Source of the DNA: Opitutales bacterium
GTDB lineage: Bacteria; Verrucomicrobiota; Verrucomicrobiia; Opitutales; Coraliomargaritaceae
DNA length: 32,000 bases
Direction of reading: 5' to 3'
NCBI GenBank assembly: GCA_049606355.1
Contig: JBMYVL010000010.1
Coordinates: 1-32,000 of the forward strand
Part shown: piece by piece, positions 8,662-19,203 of the stretch
Position numbering within the stretch: the stretch's first letter is position 1
How the letters are laid out: every line of letters starts with the position of its first letter
Notes under the pieces: generated by a model
Databases searched by the model: none
What the model saw: only the letters and a program-made list of their open reading frames with translations
Told to the model about the DNA's origin: nothing
Position numbers and translations under genes: made by a program

Positions 8662-9230
8662 GATGATGAGTGGTCCGGTTTTTCTGCCGATGGTTGCCAG
8701 CAGATGGATTCTGCGACAGCTCGGGCAGTCGTAGCGTTCGTCAGTTGTGTGATGAGCGCGAGCGAAAAATCGATCGCCGTGCCTGCGCCCCGCGATGTCG
8801 TCACGAACCCGTCCGTGACCACAGATTGATCCACAGCGGCAGGAAGCTCTTGGGTGGCTGCAGGGTGGCAAGTGTAACTTAGGTCATCGATCAAACCAGC
8901 ATCGAGTAACAATAAGGGCGCTGCACAGATACACCCAATATGCCCACCCTTATCGACTTGCTGTTTCAGTCGGGCACAGATCTGACGGTTCGCTCGCAGG
9001 TGCTGGATGCCAGGGCCGCCAGGCACAATAATTAAATCGAAGCTTCGGTCACTCAGTTCAGCCAAATCGGTGGTGGTGAGGACCGTGATTCCGCTGCGCC
9101 CTTGAATCGGACCCGCTTGAATGGCACCCGCCTGTACGACTTCAATCCCTGCGCGTGATAATAGGTCAATTGGAGTCAAGGCCTCGACCTCTTCAAAACC
9201 ATCAAAGAGTAGAACCAGTGCTGTGCGCAT
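8658..9230 (-). CDS. DJ-1/PfpI (ThiJ) family protein
   Basis: ALVLLFDGFEEVEAL, IIVPGGPG, and the nucleophile-elbow Cys in GCICAAPLLL. The ATG at 9230 (MRTALV) is preferred over 9311, whose extra 27 codons overlap the upstream gene. Confidence 0.85.
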   Translation of the reverse strand: MRTALVLLFDGFEEVEALTPIDLLSRAGIEVVQAGAIQAGPIQGRSGITVLTTTDLAELSDRSFDLIIVPGGPGIQHLRANRQICARLKQQVDKGGHIGCICAAPLLLLDAGLIDDLSYTCHPAATQELPAAVDQSVVTDGFVTTSRGAGTAIDFSLALITQLTNATTARAVAESICWQPSAEKPDHSSS

Positions 9231-10026
9231 GATCAGATGTGCTGGTGGGTTGAGTAATGAAATCGACGACGCAATGGGTGTAAGTGCTGCCGGCAATGCG
9301 GTATAAATCACTGTGGTCGGCTCCGTCGATCCAGAGCTTAGCTTTGTGGCCTAGGTAACGCGAAAAATTGATTTTTGCATGCTCAAACGGAACCGTTTGA
9401 TCCTTGGTGCCATGAATAAAAAGGATCGGGCAGGATATTTTATTGAGTTGAGCGAGGTTATCGAAGGCATCCCATGGTAGTAGCTTACGCCGTGTGATGA
9501 CACGGAAAGTGGAAGTGAAGGTGCTGTCTAAGATTAAACTTCGCAACGGATAGTGAGCCGCTAACCAGCAAGCAGGGCCACCTCCTAGAGATCGCCCGTA
9601 GGCCGTGATTTGTTGCGCCGAAAATGAGAGGCTGTCTATGGCATAGTGATATGCTGCTTCAGTCGCGGCATAGCAACCGAGCTCACTCGCAGAGCCGCTG
9701 CTGGTACCATAACCTGGATAGTCAAAGGCGAGTATCGAAATACCGCGCTGTTGAAAGCGCTCCAAAAACGGCCGCAAATGTCCGAGATCTTCACCATTGC
9801 CATGGCAGTAAAGCATTAAGCTCGTTGCCCCCGGGGCTTCTAAGAAAGTGGCAGAGATCGATTCACCGTCCTTAGCCTTGAGTTTGAAGATGTGCGGCCC
9901 ATCCGCGTAGCTAGGGCTAATCTCAGGAAAAATCATGCCATCTGCAGCAAAGAATGCAAAGCTCATGAGGCCTAGATACACGAGGCAGCCACTGATGACA
10001 AAGAAGCTAAGCACGGGTTGAAGCAT
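9202..10026 (-). CDS. Membrane-anchored alpha/beta hydrolase (S9/S33-like serine hydrolase)
   Basis: N-terminal TM helix, oxyanion region LYCHGNGED, nucleophile motif GRSLGGG, and catalytic Asp/His region IHGTKDQTVP ... GADHSDL. Confidence 0.8.
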   Translation of the reverse strand: MLQPVLSFFVISGCLVYLGLMSFAFFAADGMIFPEISPSYADGPHIFKLKAKDGESISATFLEAPGATSLMLYCHGNGEDLGHLRPFLERFQQRGISILAFDYPGYGTSSGSASELGCYAATEAAYHYAIDSLSFSAQQITAYGRSLGGGPACWLAAHYPLRSLILDSTFTSTFRVITRRKLLPWDAFDNLAQLNKISCPILFIHGTKDQTVPFEHAKINFSRYLGHKAKLWIDGADHSDLYRIAGSTYTHCVVDFITQPTSTSDHAHSTGSTL

Positions 10027-10055
10027 CGATATGTAGAATCGGCAGGTCGCGTTAC

Positions 10056-10784
10056 TTACAGCAATTTATTGATGTCTGGGATGGGGTAGGCGCGCTGACC
10101 GCTGGCGAGTCGTTCAATGTACTTATCTGGCTTTTGATCTTCGGGGCGTTCCTCTTCGAATTCATCTTCCTCGATCGCAATCAGTTCATCGAAATAGAGG
10201 GACATTCGCCGCGCCTCTGGTTCCAGTATTTCGGCTGGATTCTGCACTCGACCTTTTTTGACGAGCAGGAATCGGCAGGGGTAATGATTTTTTGCATAGC
10301 GATCTTCGAAGGATTTGAGCCATTTATTATCAACGCCTTCACGCCGTGCTAGCAGGACAATATCTGAAAAGTGGATACAAGCATCATACCATGATTGTGC
10401 TTCCGGCTTAGATTTGAGGAAGGCACAATCCACGGCAGTGATTAAGCGAGCGACGCAACAGTGGTTGTGCTCGCTCCATGTTTTGACCGCTTCCACAACA
10501 TCGGCAGGGTCACTATTCCCTGGCGCGAGAAAGATTATCTTTTCCGGTGCAGCATTTACTTTTCCGTGTGTCAGCTTTGCATCCTGTAGTGCCCAATCAA
10601 TGACCTGAACGTTTGGCATCGCTGCAATTGAATCATCCATTGGTGACGCAGCTTCAGTTTCTGGCCTAAAGTAAAGAACAGAAGCGTCCGCATCGATGCC
10701 TCCCTCGATCAGATCGGCAATAAGAGCGCGACGCTCGGAACCGGAACGGCCGAGCAAGACATAAACGAGTGGAGAGTCTGGCAT
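10056..10784 (-). CDS. Hypothetical protein with G3E/COG0523 (CobW-like) fold layout but degenerate nucleotide-binding motifs
   Basis: Blocks are collinear with CobW/YjiA as recalled from memory. VYVLLGRSGSERRAL sits where the Walker A GxxGxGKT is expected, with no Lys-Thr. IIFLAPGNSDPADV matches the switch/Walker B region. ITAVDCAF is also in place, and DIVLLARRE sits where NKxD is expected. No CxCC metal motif is present. The C-terminus is acidic. Confidence 0.45.
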   Translation of the reverse strand: MPDSPLVYVLLGRSGSERRALIADLIEGGIDADASVLYFRPETEAASPMDDSIAAMPNVQVIDWALQDAKLTHGKVNAAPEKIIFLAPGNSDPADVVEAVKTWSEHNHCCVARLITAVDCAFLKSKPEAQSWYDACIHFSDIVLLARREGVDNKWLKSFEDRYAKNHYPCRFLLVKKGRVQNPAEILEPEARRMSLYFDELIAIEEDEFEEERPEDQKPDKYIERLASGQRAYPIPDINKLL

Positions 10785-10862
10785 ATCTGAATCGGTAGCT
10801 CCATGCCGCTTAATGTAAACGGTATGCGGAGGCGTTGGCAGTTAACAGCACGAAACCGGGGT

Positions 10863-11954
10863 TCACTCAAAATCGAAGGACTCACACTGTGCTTTGTGGC
10901 GCATCCAGTGATCGACAAGTACTAGGGCTGTCATCGCTTCAACAATCGGCACTGCCCTCGGCACGACGCATGGGTCATGCCGCCCACGCCCCATTAATTC
11001 TGTGTTTTGGCCCTGCGAATCAACGGTCTTTTGCTTTTGGATCAGCGTCGCAGTGGGCTTAAATGCGACGCGAAATAAAACATCTTCTCCATTGGTGATG
11101 CCGCCCTGGACGCCCCCCGATCGATTGGTTTCGGTCCCCACCGTTCCATTCTTGTTGACGAAGCGATCATTGTGCTCGGAGCCTTTCATGCGGCTGCCGT
11201 CGAATCCACTGCCAACCTCAAAGCCTTTGGTCGCAGGTAGCGACAGCATTGCCTTGGCTAAATCAGCTTCGACCCGATCAAAGACGGGTGCTCCCAAGCC
11301 AACAGGGAGGTTGCGAACACGGCATTCAATAAGACCACCCACAGAGTCCCCCTCGCTGCGCGCTTCACGAATCCGTTCCGCCATTTTATCGGCAGCTTCT
11401 GGATCAGGGCAGCGTACTGGATTACTCTCGATGGACTCGAGGCTAGGAAACGCCTCAACAGTTGCTTCAATGTCATGCACGCGCGTGATGAAAGCTCGTA
11501 TCTCAATATTGGCGGCACGTTGTAAGAGCTTCTTTGCAATCGCGCCGGCAGCCACGCGACCAATGGTCTCACGTGCCGAAGAGCGACCCCCACCTTCGTG
11601 ATTACGAATACCAAATTTACTCTGGTAGGTGAAGTCGGCGTGTGACGGGCGGAATTTATCCTTCATCTCCGCGTATGCGGAGGGTCGGTGATCCGCATTG
11701 GGGACGTAGATGGCTATCGGGGTACCGAGTGTTAGGCCTTCGTAGACACCGGAAACAATGGATGCACTATCGGTTTCTTTGCGCGGAGTTGTGATGTCAC
11801 TCTGGCCGGGGCGACGACGGTCGAGTTCAAATTGTATGTCTTCGACTGTGAGGGGGAGGCGTGGCGGACAACCATCGACGACAACTCCGATGCCGCCGCC
11901 ATGGCTTTCGCCCCAAGTGGAAATACGAAAAAGTGTGCCGAAGGAATTACCCAT
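10863..11954 (-). CDS. aroC: Chorismate synthase
   Basis: 363 aa with [25 protein letters not shown] and [10 protein letters not shown]. Confidence 0.97.
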   Translation of the reverse strand: MGNSFGTLFRISTWGESHGGGIGVVVDGCPPRLPLTVEDIQFELDRRRPGQSDITTPRKETDSASIVSGVYEGLTLGTPIAIYVPNADHRPSAYAEMKDKFRPSHADFTYQSKFGIRNHEGGGRSSARETIGRVAAGAIAKKLLQRAANIEIRAFITRVHDIEATVEAFPSLESIESNPVRCPDPEAADKMAERIREARSEGDSVGGLIECRVRNLPVGLGAPVFDRVEADLAKAMLSLPATKGFEVGSGFDGSRMKGSEHNDRFVNKNGTVGTETNRSGGVQGGITNGEDVLFRVAFKPTATLIQKQKTVDSQGQNTELMGRGRHDPCVVPRAVPIVEAMTALVLVDHWMRHKAQCESFDFE

Positions 11955-12034
11955 AATACGCAGTATATAGCAGTAAGATTCTCGAAGTTAGAAGCCTAAT
12001 TTCGAGTCGCTGAAGGGATGGCTGCCACGCTCAT

Positions 12035-14113
12035 TTACTCCGCAGCTTCGCGGGCTGCTTTTGTGAGGCGCACCACATTACGCACCGAATGCTTGGTAAT
12101 GATATTGCCGCCCGTACTGCGACTGCGCACGGCGATGTCTTTGAAGAAGATTTCTTCTTCGGTCTTGCGCAAGCGTGGTGCCGGCTTGAGGTTGACCTTC
12201 ACTGCATCCGGTTCGCCTCCATCGGTGGCATAGCAGGAGACATAAAAAATTCTCGATCCGGGTTTCCCCTTGGTTAAATCGTACTCCTTGTCGCGGGTGA
12301 CACCACCGGTGGTGAAGTGCTTCACCAGAGTTGGCCCCGTTTTACCATCACGATAGACAACACAATAGGTAAGCGCATTTGGGTCGGCGCGGTTGAAGAC
12401 GTCTATATGTAGAATATTCTTACCGAAGAATGCTTTTTCACTGACTTTACTGACCTTTAAGATGCCTTCCTGTGAAATCGCGATGATGTCACTCAGGCGG
12501 GAGCATTTGCAGACGGCTTCGTCTTTTTTCATACTGATGCCGGCGAAACCTTCCTTGCGGTCGACATAAAGAGTCTCATTCGCAATCACCACATCGTGTG
12601 CGACAACTTTTTCAAAGGAGGCGAGTTCGGTCTTACGTTCACGACCTTTTCCGTATTTCTTCTTTAATTCAGTAAACCACTTGATCGCATATTTAGTCAG
12701 ATACTTGAGGTTTTTCTCAGTCTCAGCGATCGCATCTTCGAGTGCTTGAATTTGTTCATCGGCTTTAAAGGAATCGAACTTCGAAATGCGTTTAATTTTA
12801 ATTTCGAGTAAGCGCAGGATGTCGTCTTGTGTGATTTCGCGTTTGAACTGCTTTTTGTAAGGTTTCAAGCCGGTGTCGACTGTGGCAATTACTCCTTCCC
12901 AGGTTTCTTCTTCCTCAATACGCCGATAAATGCGCTTCTCGATGAAGATTTTTTCGAGTGAGCTAAAGTGCCATTTCTCCTCAAGCTCTCCGAGTTGAAT
13001 TTCGAGTTCGCGCTTGAGTAGCTCCCGAGTTTTTTCAGTGGCTAAATAGAGTAAATCTTGAGCAGAAAAGAAGTGAGGCTTCTCGTTCTCAATAACACAG
13101 ATGTTGGTGGAGACCGATACTTCGCAATCCGTAAAGGCATACAAAGCTTGTTCCACGGTGCCTGCATCCGCGCCGGAGGGGAGGTAGACAAGGATTTCAA
13201 CTTGTTCTGCAGTGTTGTCCTCAACACGGGAAATTTTTATTTTTCCTTTGTCGTTTGCCGAGAGGATCGAGTCGATGAGAGAAGTCGTAGTCTTTCCAAA
13301 CGGAAGTTCTGTGATCGCCAGCAGGTTTTTTTTCCGCGCTTCAATGCGGGCTCGTACTTTGACGCGGCCGCCTCGTTTGCCGTTATTGTATTCGGAGACG
13401 TCTGCGATGCCACCAGTGGGGAAATCAGGCACAATATCCGGGGTCTGTTTACGCAAGAACGCAACGCAGGCATCCAATAGTTCGATGAAGTTGTGCGGTA
13501 GGATTTTACAGGAAAGGCCAACGGCGATACCTTCGGCACCTTGTGCCAAGAGCAGCGGAAATTTTACTGGGAGAGTCTCGGGTTCTTTGTTGCGTCCATC
13601 ATAGGAAGCTAACCACTGAGTCGTCTTGGGGTTGAAGACGACATCCAGTGCGAATTTTGAGAGGCGCGCTTCAATATAACGTGGCGCTGCAGCGGAGTCG
13701 CCCGTGTAGGTATTCCCCCAATTGCCCTGCATGTCGATTAGCAGTTCTTTCTGCCCCAGTTGTACCATTGCGTCTCCAATGGAGGCATCGCCATGGGGAT
13801 GGTACTTCATCGTGTTGCCGATTACATTGGCGACTTTGTTATAGCGGCCATCTTCCAGCTCTCGCATTGAGTGCAGAATGCGTCGCTGGACAGGCTTGAG
13901 TCCGTCATTCGCATGCGGTACGGCGCGTTCAAGTATCACATAGCTCGCGTAATCAAGAAACCATTCGCTGAACATATGATCCACGTGCCCAGAATCGGTT
14001 TGAAGATCGAAAATTTCGCTGTCCGTATCTGACTCCGGAGTGACAGCCTCAATCGGTTGATCGAAGGGTAGTTCGAGTGCTTCTTCCTTTTTGGGCGTCT
14101 TTTTCTTGGGCAT
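12035..14113 (-). CDS. parC: Type IIA topoisomerase subunit A, topoisomerase IV ParC-like
   Basis: 692 aa with DGLKPVQRRIL, KYHPHGDASIGDAMVQLGQ, and the catalytic Tyr in AAAPRYIEARL. The short C-terminal domain fits ParC better than GyrA. The ParC versus GyrA call is an inference. Confidence 0.85.
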   Translation of the reverse strand: MPKKKTPKKEEALELPFDQPIEAVTPESDTDSEIFDLQTDSGHVDHMFSEWFLDYASYVILERAVPHANDGLKPVQRRILHSMRELEDGRYNKVANVIGNTMKYHPHGDASIGDAMVQLGQKELLIDMQGNWGNTYTGDSAAAPRYIEARLSKFALDVVFNPKTTQWLASYDGRNKEPETLPVKFPLLLAQGAEGIAVGLSCKILPHNFIELLDACVAFLRKQTPDIVPDFPTGGIADVSEYNNGKRGGRVKVRARIEARKKNLLAITELPFGKTTTSLIDSILSANDKGKIKISRVEDNTAEQVEILVYLPSGADAGTVEQALYAFTDCEVSVSTNICVIENEKPHFFSAQDLLYLATEKTRELLKRELEIQLGELEEKWHFSSLEKIFIEKRIYRRIEEEETWEGVIATVDTGLKPYKKQFKREITQDDILRLLEIKIKRISKFDSFKADEQIQALEDAIAETEKNLKYLTKYAIKWFTELKKKYGKGRERKTELASFEKVVAHDVVIANETLYVDRKEGFAGISMKKDEAVCKCSRLSDIIAISQEGILKVSKVSEKAFFGKNILHIDVFNRADPNALTYCVVYRDGKTGPTLVKHFTTGGVTRDKEYDLTKGKPGSRIFYVSCYATDGGEPDAVKVNLKPAPRLRKTEEEIFFKDIAVRSRSTGGNIITKHSVRNVVRLTKAAREAAE

Positions 14114-14390
14114 GGAGCGCGGTGAGAAATAGGTGGGTAGGACTTAAGTCGCGTTAACTCGCTAGATGGAGAAAGGCCAATTCACCGATCGGATCAAGGA
14201 GATTCCATAGGCTTGGCTCCGCCTTCCATTGAAGGCAGCCACCAACTAAGTCAGCGGAAGGCGATGCCCATCTTGTAAATTTTAGTAAATGATTCGAAGT
14301 CCTGTGTGGCTGCCTAAGCTGAGCTGCAGGTGTTGTGACAGATCGGTCTTTTTTACTGACCTTGAGGGGCTCAGTCGATAGTCTCTAGTT

Positions 14391-16208
14391 ATGATACAGC
14401 AAAATCCTACAGTCCAAACAGAGAAGACAGCACACCAGGCCCTCCTGAAGTGGGTTACCAAAATGGTTGAGCTCTGCGGGCCGGCAGCAGTCCACTGGTG
14501 TGATGGTTCTCAGGCCGAAGCGGATACACTTTTCGGAGCGATGGTAGAAAACGGATCGTGTATCAAACTCAACGAGCGATTGCGCCCCAATAGTTATTTG
14601 TTTCGCTCGGATCCGCGGGATGTCGCGCGCGTTGAGTCGAAGACCTATATCTGCTCGCAGAATAAGGATGGCGCAGGCCCAACGAATAACTGGGAAGACC
14701 CGCGCACGATGCGGCGTAAAATGAAACGTTTGTTCAAGGGCTGTATGCGCGGTCGTACCCTGTATGTGATCCCATTCAGCATGGGGCCTGTCGGCGGATC
14801 CATTTCCAAGATCGGAGTTGAACTAACCGATTCCCCCTACGTCGTCGTCAACATGCGGATCATGGCGCGTATCGGCGATTCGGTCTTAAACGCTTTGGGA
14901 AGTGATGGTTTTTTCGTGCCTTGCTTGCATTCAGTCGGTTGCCCGCTCGAGCCCGGTGAAGCCGATGTGCCATGGCCTTGCGATCCTACCAATACCCATA
15001 TCGTGCACTTCCCGGAAGAGCGTACCATTGTTTCCTACGGTTCCGGTTATGGTGGTAATGCATTGCTGGGTAAGAAGTGCCTCGCGCTGCGCATTGCTTC
15101 CACGCTCGCTCATGACGAAGGCTGGATGGCCGAGCATATGCTGATTTTAGGGCTAGAAGAGCCGGATGGACGCAAAACGTATGTCACCGCTGCTTTTCCG
15201 AGCGCATGCGGAAAGACAAACTTTGCCATGGTGATTCCGCCCAAAGCAATGGAGGGCTACAAAGTGACTTGCGTGGGGGATGATATCGCATGGATCAAGC
15301 CAGGTGCCGATGGTCGTTTATATGCGATCAACCCGGAGGCTGGTTTTTTTGGTGTCGCTCCGGGTACTTCCCATCAAACCAACCCCAGCGCGCTGGAATC
15401 GTGCGCCAGAGATGCAATTTTTACCAATGTCGCGCTCACTGATGCGGGAGACGTTTGGTGGGAAGGGATGACGGAGGAGCCGCCAGAGCATTTAATCGAC
15501 TGGAAAGGTAACCATTGGTCGCCTGATTCCAAAACACCCGCGGCACATCCAAACAGTCGTTTTACGGCGCCGGCTGCAAATTGCCCGGTGATTGATCCGG
15601 AATGGGAGAATCCGGAGGGTGTGCGTATTCATGCGATGGTTTTTGGTGGGCGTCGCATGAGTGATGTTCCGCTGGTTTCGCAAGCGTTCAACTGGGGACA
15701 TGGTGTCTATTTGGGCGCGACGACCGGGTCCGAAATGACCGCAGCGGCAGAGGGTGAAGTGGGTGTTATTCGACGCGACCCGATGGCGATGTTACCTTTC
15801 TGCGGCTACCATATGGGAGATTATTTTAGACACTGGTTTAAAATGCAGCGTAAGTTAACCGAGACTCCACGTATTTTTAACGTGAATTGGTTTCGCAAGG
15901 ATGCGCAGGGCCAGTGGCTGTGGCCCGGCTTTGGCGAAAATATGCGCCCCTTACGTTGGATTGTGGAGCGGGCGACCGGGCGTGCCGGCGCAAAAGAAAG
16001 TCCAATCGGTTGGATCCCTCGCTATAAGGACATCGACTGGCGTGGTATGGACGACTTCACTGAAGCCGATTTTGAGCGACTTATGGCAATCGACCGAGAG
16101 CGTCTGAAAATGCAGACACTGCAACACGAGGAACTTTTTCTAAAGCTTTTCGAACATTTGCCGAAGGAAATGATCTTTGAGCGCGAGCTGTTGATCTCTC
16201 GTTTGTAA
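14391..16208 (+). CDS. pckG: Phosphoenolpyruvate carboxykinase (GTP)
   Basis: 605 aa with [14 protein letters not shown], the kinase-1a motif FPSACGKTN, and DDIAW and NWF blocks typical of the GTP-dependent enzyme. Confidence 0.96.
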   Translation: MIQQNPTVQTEKTAHQALLKWVTKMVELCGPAAVHWCDGSQAEADTLFGAMVENGSCIKLNERLRPNSYLFRSDPRDVARVESKTYICSQNKDGAGPTNNWEDPRTMRRKMKRLFKGCMRGRTLYVIPFSMGPVGGSISKIGVELTDSPYVVVNMRIMARIGDSVLNALGSDGFFVPCLHSVGCPLEPGEADVPWPCDPTNTHIVHFPEERTIVSYGSGYGGNALLGKKCLALRIASTLAHDEGWMAEHMLILGLEEPDGRKTYVTAAFPSACGKTNFAMVIPPKAMEGYKVTCVGDDIAWIKPGADGRLYAINPEAGFFGVAPGTSHQTNPSALESCARDAIFTNVALTDAGDVWWEGMTEEPPEHLIDWKGNHWSPDSKTPAAHPNSRFTAPAANCPVIDPEWENPEGVRIHAMVFGGRRMSDVPLVSQAFNWGHGVYLGATTGSEMTAAAEGEVGVIRRDPMAMLPFCGYHMGDYFRHWFKMQRKLTETPRIFNVNWFRKDAQGQWLWPGFGENMRPLRWIVERATGRAGAKESPIGWIPRYKDIDWRGMDDFTEADFERLMAIDRERLKMQTLQHEELFLKLFEHLPKEMIFERELLISRL

Positions 16209-16231
16209 GTTACCTGTGCTCGACCTACTTT

Positions 16232-19003
16232 TTAGCCGGTATTACGCATCGCTCCCGAGAGAGCGTTAATCGTCATGAGTAGTTCAGTTTGAATCGCTTT
16301 GTCGACTGGTTGCCCTGATTTTTTCTGCTGCCGCCAGATGCGTAAGAGTTGTACCTGCTTTTCGTGTAGGGGTCGCATCAGCGAGGCACGTAGCAAATTC
16401 GAAAAGTGATGCCCCTTGCGGCGCTCTTCGATCGGCTTATTCAAGAGGTTTTGCAGATGGTAACGTGTGAGCTTGAGCTCGTCTTTGAAGATCGTCGAGA
16501 ACTTGTCGCGCAAGGCGACATCTTCAACTAGATCCATATACAGACTGAAAATAGCTTCGTCCGTGGCTGCGAGGCTGGTATCGATGTTAGTAAAGACGTA
16601 ACGAATGAAGGGGTCCTGTTTGAGTGCAGTGCGTACTTGGTCGTATGCTTCCGGGTTTTCGGAGCTCAGTTGCTGCAATGCACTACCGACACCAAACCAG
16701 CTGGTCATATGGACTCGTGCCTGACTCCAGGAGAAGACCCAGGGGATCGCGCGCAGGTCGTCCAAGGTATTCATACCGGTCCGCTTGGCAGGTCGGGATC
16801 CAATCTTACTCATTTCGATTGCATCGATCGGAGTCGCACTGCGGAAGAAGGTGATAAAACCTTCTTCATTACGCATTTGATCATAATGGTTTTGCGATGT
16901 TTCAGCCAGCCAGCCTAGGATATCGGCTAGTGGGTGAAAGCAGCGCTCCGATTGCTTATCATTTAGATATTTACTCAGCGTATTCGCGGCCAAGAGCTCT
17001 AGGTTGTAGGCTGCATTTACCGGATTGGCATACTTCTGGGCGATGGTCTCACCTTGCTCAGTTAGGCGAATGTCTCCGTTGGGGGCGCCGTTCGGTAGTG
17101 CTTTGATGAAATAGTGGGTCGGCCCGGCACCGCGACTGATGGAGCCGCCTTTGCCATGGAAAAAGCGTATTTTAACTCCAGCAGCATCGCCGACTTCGCT
17201 CAGTGCATACTGTGCTTTGTATAGGCTCCATTGGCTGGCAAGGATGCCACCATCCTTGTTGCTGTCACTGTAGCCAACCATGACTTGCTGAATGGGCTGC
17301 GTGCTGCGATTTTTGAGTTGTTGTTGGTGGAGGGTACGCTGAGTGACTGGGTGTGCTAAAAAATCGCGTAGAATCGAGGTGCCGTTCTGCAAGTCTTCAA
17401 TGGTTTCCAATAATGGAACGACTGGAATCTCCGAATATTGCCCCGCTTCGGTCATTTCGGTCAGTCCAACTTCACGAGCCAGCAAATACACTGCGAGCAG
17501 GTCGGAGACCGAGCGGGTCATGCTGACAATAAACGAGCCGATACAATTGGTACCAAACTTCCCAGTATGCTTCGCGATGACACGATAGCATTCGATGACG
17601 GCTTGTGCTTCGGGCCCGAGCTTGGCCTTTAAGGCAGTGAACGGCCGCGCGGATTCGAGTTCTTTATTTAAAAATGCGAGACGTTTTGCTTCACTCCAAT
17701 TGCTGAAGTCGGTCTCCTCCGCTCCCGAGGCTTCCAGCAGTTGTTCAATTGCTTTATCGTGGAAAGCGCTATTTTGCCGGATGTCGAGCGCCGCCAAGTG
17801 AAAGCCGAAGGCTTCGACGACACGCACCACGGTGACAACATCATCATAGGCGATACTTTTTGCGCCATACTTTAGCAGAGATGCTTGCAGCAAGATGAGG
17901 TCATCTTTGAGTTGCTGCGAGTGAACATAAGCACCTTGTACATCAAGCAGCTTGGTAGCATGGCCGCGGATCGATTCGACCGGCAACTTCTGCAGCATCA
18001 GACTGATGAACTGACGAAATGCTTCCCCTTTATTACGCTCAAAAACCTCCAAGCCTTTGGGGCCGGTTTCATCCAACATCTCTTGCACGCGCAACTGCAT
18101 AGCCTCATCGGAATCTTCGAAGGGTATACTGAAGCTGGTGCGTTTCACCAAATGAATGAGTTTGCGACGGATCACTACAAATGCGTTGAGGCGTAGTTGC
18201 AGCAGGGTCTCCCGCGTCACGTCGGCAGTAACCAATGGGTGGCCATCGCGGTCACCCCCGACCCAATTACCAAAAGTTACCTTAGGGAAGCTGTGACTGG
18301 CGCAGAATGCCTCCAGATCCATCTCGTTAAATTGAACTGCTTGCAGCAAGCGTCGGTCGAGAAGAGCGATGACGTTGGGAAAGACATTAACGAGATAGTG
18401 TAGGATGTTGCGCAGTTCGTCGTGAATATCGGGCTTCTCGAGATAGATCTCACCGGTTTTCCAAAGTCGATACAGTGCCTGTTCGATGTTGTGATCGACA
18501 TGCCGTATTTCGTTCTGCGTATACATGGTGTTTTCTCGCTGAACGAGAAGCACGTACAGTTCGCGATGGTGCTCCAGCACAGTCGCACGCTTGGCTTCAG
18601 TCGGATGCGCTGTCAGAACTGGCTCAATGACGACCTCACGGAGCGCCTCCATGATTGCTTGTGGAGAGAGGCCAGCATCTCTGAGGGCTTTGATGTTGAT
18701 GCCCCACAAACCATTGACCGAATCCAGTGATTGATCCTCTTTGGCGCGGCGCGACTGCACCGCAGCGTTAATTTCCACCATGTTAACGAGGTGGAATATC
18801 ATTGAATACAACTGAATGTGCTTCGGTGTAATCTCGTCGATCGTAGGTTCTTTGCTACTGATCCACGGGATTGCCTGCGCAATGTCGGTTTCTCCATTAC
18901 GCTCCAGGACACTCTTCAGGCAGCGCAGCAGAAACTCTAGATCTTCGTAAGGTTTACCTAAAACCTGTTTCGTTGTTAAAAATGATTTTTCTAAACCCAT
19001 CAC
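16232..19003 (-). CDS. ppc: Phosphoenolpyruvate carboxylase
   Basis: 923 aa with VLTAHPTEAKR, FHGKGGSISRGGAP-like FHGKGGSISRGAGP, VGYSDSNKDGG and the C-terminal MRNTG. Confidence 0.96.
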   Translation of the reverse strand: MMGLEKSFLTTKQVLGKPYEDLEFLLRCLKSVLERNGETDIAQAIPWISSKEPTIDEITPKHIQLYSMIFHLVNMVEINAAVQSRRAKEDQSLDSVNGLWGINIKALRDAGLSPQAIMEALREVVIEPVLTAHPTEAKRATVLEHHRELYVLLVQRENTMYTQNEIRHVDHNIEQALYRLWKTGEIYLEKPDIHDELRNILHYLVNVFPNVIALLDRRLLQAVQFNEMDLEAFCASHSFPKVTFGNWVGGDRDGHPLVTADVTRETLLQLRLNAFVVIRRKLIHLVKRTSFSIPFEDSDEAMQLRVQEMLDETGPKGLEVFERNKGEAFRQFISLMLQKLPVESIRGHATKLLDVQGAYVHSQQLKDDLILLQASLLKYGAKSIAYDDVVTVVRVVEAFGFHLAALDIRQNSAFHDKAIEQLLEASGAEETDFSNWSEAKRLAFLNKELESARPFTALKAKLGPEAQAVIECYRVIAKHTGKFGTNCIGSFIVSMTRSVSDLLAVYLLAREVGLTEMTEAGQYSEIPVVPLLETIEDLQNGTSILRDFLAHPVTQRTLHQQQLKNRSTQPIQQVMVGYSDSNKDGGILASQWSLYKAQYALSEVGDAAGVKIRFFHGKGGSISRGAGPTHYFIKALPNGAPNGDIRLTEQGETIAQKYANPVNAAYNLELLAANTLSKYLNDKQSERCFHPLADILGWLAETSQNHYDQMRNEEGFITFFRSATPIDAIEMSKIGSRPAKRTGMNTLDDLRAIPWVFSWSQARVHMTSWFGVGSALQQLSSENPEAYDQVRTALKQDPFIRYVFTNIDTSLAATDEAIFSLYMDLVEDVALRDKFSTIFKDELKLTRYHLQNLLNKPIEERRKGHHFSNLLRASLMRPLHEKQVQLLRIWRQQKKSGQPVDKAIQTELLMTINALSGAMRNTG

Positions 19004-19203
19004 AAGACGTCGTAGAGAAGAGATTCCACGTACGCTGTCAACATAGCGTCACTCTGTTTGGCTCACCTGAAGGTTTTACTCACTAGGACTCGCGATGCGA
19101 GCTCAGGCATTTATTTTGCAACGGAGCCATATGGTTGCGGAATCGAGCGATGCCGAGCCGGCTTTGGTGTCGTAGGCTAGGGCATGATGCTGTGCCTGTG
19201 AGT

